The notes below the pieces were generated by a model. That model ran no database searches. It saw only the letters and a list, made by a program, of their open reading frames with translations, and was not told the DNA's origin. From Cyanobacteria bacterium P01_D01_bin.156 (GTDB lineage: Bacteria > Cyanobacteriota > Cyanobacteriia > Phormidesmidales > Phormidesmidaceae): a stretch of 64,000 bases of DNA. Positions 62,083 to 64,000 of this stretch are shown here, in pieces; position 1 is the first letter of the stretch, and every line of letters begins with the position of its first letter. The stretch spans positions 64,001 through 128,000 of the forward strand of contig JBCCQQ010000004.1 of assembly GCA_039024555.1 (NCBI GenBank), written 5' to 3'. The translations under genes and the position numbers were made by a program.

Positions 62083-63006
62083 ATGGCTGAGAGCAATCCC
62101 AATCGATTAAAACTTTCCCAACTGCGGGCGCTGGTGGCGATCGCAAAAACGGGGACCTTTAGTGACGCGGCGTTGCAGCTAGATTTGTCCCAGTCTGCCG
62201 TGAGCCATGCGATCGCAACCCTAGAAGCAGAATTAGGAGTGGTTCTCCTAAATCGAGGCCGCCAGGGAGCTGTGCTCACGCCAGTAGGTGAGGCCATTAC
62301 TGCTGAAGCTCAACAGGTACTCGATCGATTGGATAACATTTGCCAACAGGCACAGCTGGCCAAGGGATTACAGTCGGGACATGTGCGGGTTGGTGGCTTT
62401 CGCAGTGTTGCCACCCACATTTTGCCAGCAGTGATTGAGCGCTTCCGTCAACAGTATCCTGGCATCAGTGTCACCATTGACGAATTTAGTCACTATCATC
62501 GTGTCGAAGAGTTGCTACGCCAAGGACGCCTCGATATTGGCTTTAGCTATTTGCCGACTAGTAAAGACTTTGACGCCTGGGAGCTTTTGCGGGATGAATA
62601 TGTAGTGTTGTTACCCCCATCTTCTAAGCCGATGGATGTCCAGCTCACCTGGGAACACCTCTTGAACTATCCTCTAATTCAAACACCGCCTGGGGATGGC
62701 TGCCGTTACAACATCGAACAATATCTCACTCGTCATAACCAACCACTAAGATTTGCTTACGACGTAAGGGAAGATTCAACCATCGTTAGCATGGTGAGAC
62801 GGGGGCTAGGTGCCTCAATTATGGCAAAGTTAGCCGCTGAACCGATTCCCGAAGACATTATTGTGGCCCAGTTGCCTGAACCATTTGAACGAGTGATTGG
62901 CATAGTTACCCTAGCCGAGGCCCTACAACCACCATCAGTTTTTGCCTTCCTAGACACCATCAAAGCAGTGTGGGGTGGTAAGCCTGGAGGTTCCCAAGCC
63001 GCTTAG
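62083..63006 (+). CDS. LysR-family transcriptional regulator
   Basis: QLRALVAIA..GTFS.AA.L..SQSAVSHAIATLE HTH plus substrate-binding domain. Confidence 0.95.
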   Translation: MAESNPNRLKLSQLRALVAIAKTGTFSDAALQLDLSQSAVSHAIATLEAELGVVLLNRGRQGAVLTPVGEAITAEAQQVLDRLDNICQQAQLAKGLQSGHVRVGGFRSVATHILPAVIERFRQQYPGISVTIDEFSHYHRVEELLRQGRLDIGFSYLPTSKDFDAWELLRDEYVVLLPPSSKPMDVQLTWEHLLNYPLIQTPPGDGCRYNIEQYLTRHNQPLRFAYDVREDSTIVSMVRRGLGASIMAKLAAEPIPEDIIVAQLPEPFERVIGIVTLAEALQPPSVFAFLDTIKAVWGGKPGGSQAA

Positions 63007-63019
63007 GGAGGGGAGGGAA

Positions 63020-63150
63020 GAGTTCGGAATTTAGAAGTCGGAATTTAGCAAGGGAAGGCATTCCACGGAGCTGTGCTTCGCCTATCGAACACTTCGACTT
63101 TCGCCCCTAGCCCTTTTCCTAATTCCGAACTCCTAATTCCTAATTCCGAC
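63020..63150. repeat. Heptamer STRR-like inward-facing arrays
   Basis: GAGTTCG/GAATTTA units on the left, AATTCC(G/T) units on the right; shares GAATTTAGAAGTC and GGCATTCCA with the 19769 element. Confidence 0.7.
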
Positions 63151-63209
63151 CTCATTTTCGCCAAAGATGCCACACAATAGGAGGCGTCGGCCTATACCAA
63201 TGCTCTGTT

Positions 63210-63926
63210 GTGGTTCCTTTAAGTGACAATAATCCCACCCGCACAACACCCTATGTTGTCTTTGGGCTGATTGCTCTAAACGTGGTGCTGTTTTTCTATG
63301 AGCTCTCCTTACAGGGATCTGGTGAGCAAGCTCTGGATCGTTTTTTTCGGGTGTGGGCCATTGTTCCAGCAGAGCTGACCGACAGTTTTGTAGGACGTTC
63401 CATTAACCCGATTGGCGAGTGGTTTACGCTCATTAGCTCTCAGTTTCTACACGGGGGGTGGGCTCACCTAGGGGGCAACATGCTCTACCTGTGGATCTTT
63501 GGTAATAACATCGAAGACCAGCTAGGCCATGCCAAATTTATCGTGTTTTATTTGGCCTGTGGAGCTTTAGCAGGTCTGGCTCAGTGGTTCTTTTCACCCG
63601 GATCTATGGTGCCAACGCTGGGGGCAAGTGGTGCGATCGCAGGGGTGATGGGAGCCTATATTATTCGTTTTCCCAAGGCTCAGATTCTTACCTTGCTCCC
63701 CTTATTTATCCTGATTACCACGGTGCGTATTCCCGCCATTTTCTTTTTAGGCTGGTGGTTTGTCCAACAGGCATTTTACGGAGTAGCTAGCCTCGGGGCA
63801 AATGCTGACATGGGAGCAGGAGGGGTTGCCTACTGGGCTCACGCTGGAGGGTTTGTATTCGGAGTTATCTTAGGACCCTTATTGGGCCTGTTTCCCAAAG
63901 GACAAGGACCTTTTAACCGAAGATAA
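63210..63926 (+). CDS. Rhomboid intramembrane serine protease
   Basis: HLGGNM, GASG (Ser), AHAGG (His). Confidence 0.93.
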   Translation: MVPLSDNNPTRTTPYVVFGLIALNVVLFFYELSLQGSGEQALDRFFRVWAIVPAELTDSFVGRSINPIGEWFTLISSQFLHGGWAHLGGNMLYLWIFGNNIEDQLGHAKFIVFYLACGALAGLAQWFFSPGSMVPTLGASGAIAGVMGAYIIRFPKAQILTLLPLFILITTVRIPAIFFLGWWFVQQAFYGVASLGANADMGAGGVAYWAHAGGFVFGVILGPLLGLFPKGQGPFNRR

Positions 63927-64000
63927 TATGTTTAGAGCTCAGGTAAGCCAAAACTAGGCAGTTCAAATACATCTTCTTCTTTTTGTTCAGGATTAACCGG

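Noticed and set aside
63210..63926. Rhomboid as processor of the secreted peptide
   Set aside because: Separated by unrelated genes and on the opposite strand; an ordinary signal peptidase site suffices

Overview
64 kb of a cyanobacterial chromosome. Taxonomic evidence: more than 20 HIP1 GCGATCGC octamers seen by eye, psbX, ycf66, ftn2/zipN and NtcA boxes; the heptamer repeats suggest a filamentous form. Core content: a nitrite-assimilation cluster (nirA with a fused C-terminal 2Fe-2S ferredoxin, divergent from nirB-ntcB-cnaT, with NtcA and NtcB-type sites), ygfZ, secA, psbX-ycf66, yggT-uvrC, arfB, pdhA-pdhB-secD-secF, ftn2, an ABC1 kinase, and several transporters and regulators. Accessory content: (i) a TPR-CHAT protease / DUF928 / CHASE2-GGDEF cluster; (ii) a filamentous-haemagglutinin-CHAT protein; (iii) a tandem pair of STAND-like P-loop ATPases, one with a 12-nt-unit tandem repeat and one with a degenerate Walker B; (iv) a NarL-type regulator / CHASE2 histidine kinase pair followed by a tiny secreted-peptide gene. 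The most striking observation is that the predicted mature peptide in (iv), GFEPPPPDPNRTTGRTGSSSR-stop, resembles the N-terminal segment of the DUF928 protein in (i), FWPDDDDQAPAGTVSGASR|G. This suggests a peptide-ligand/CHASE2 signalling system in which the ligand is either encoded directly or cut out of DUF928 by a CHAT protease. That model is inference and untested. No CRISPR array, rRNA, tRNA or intact transposase was recognised.
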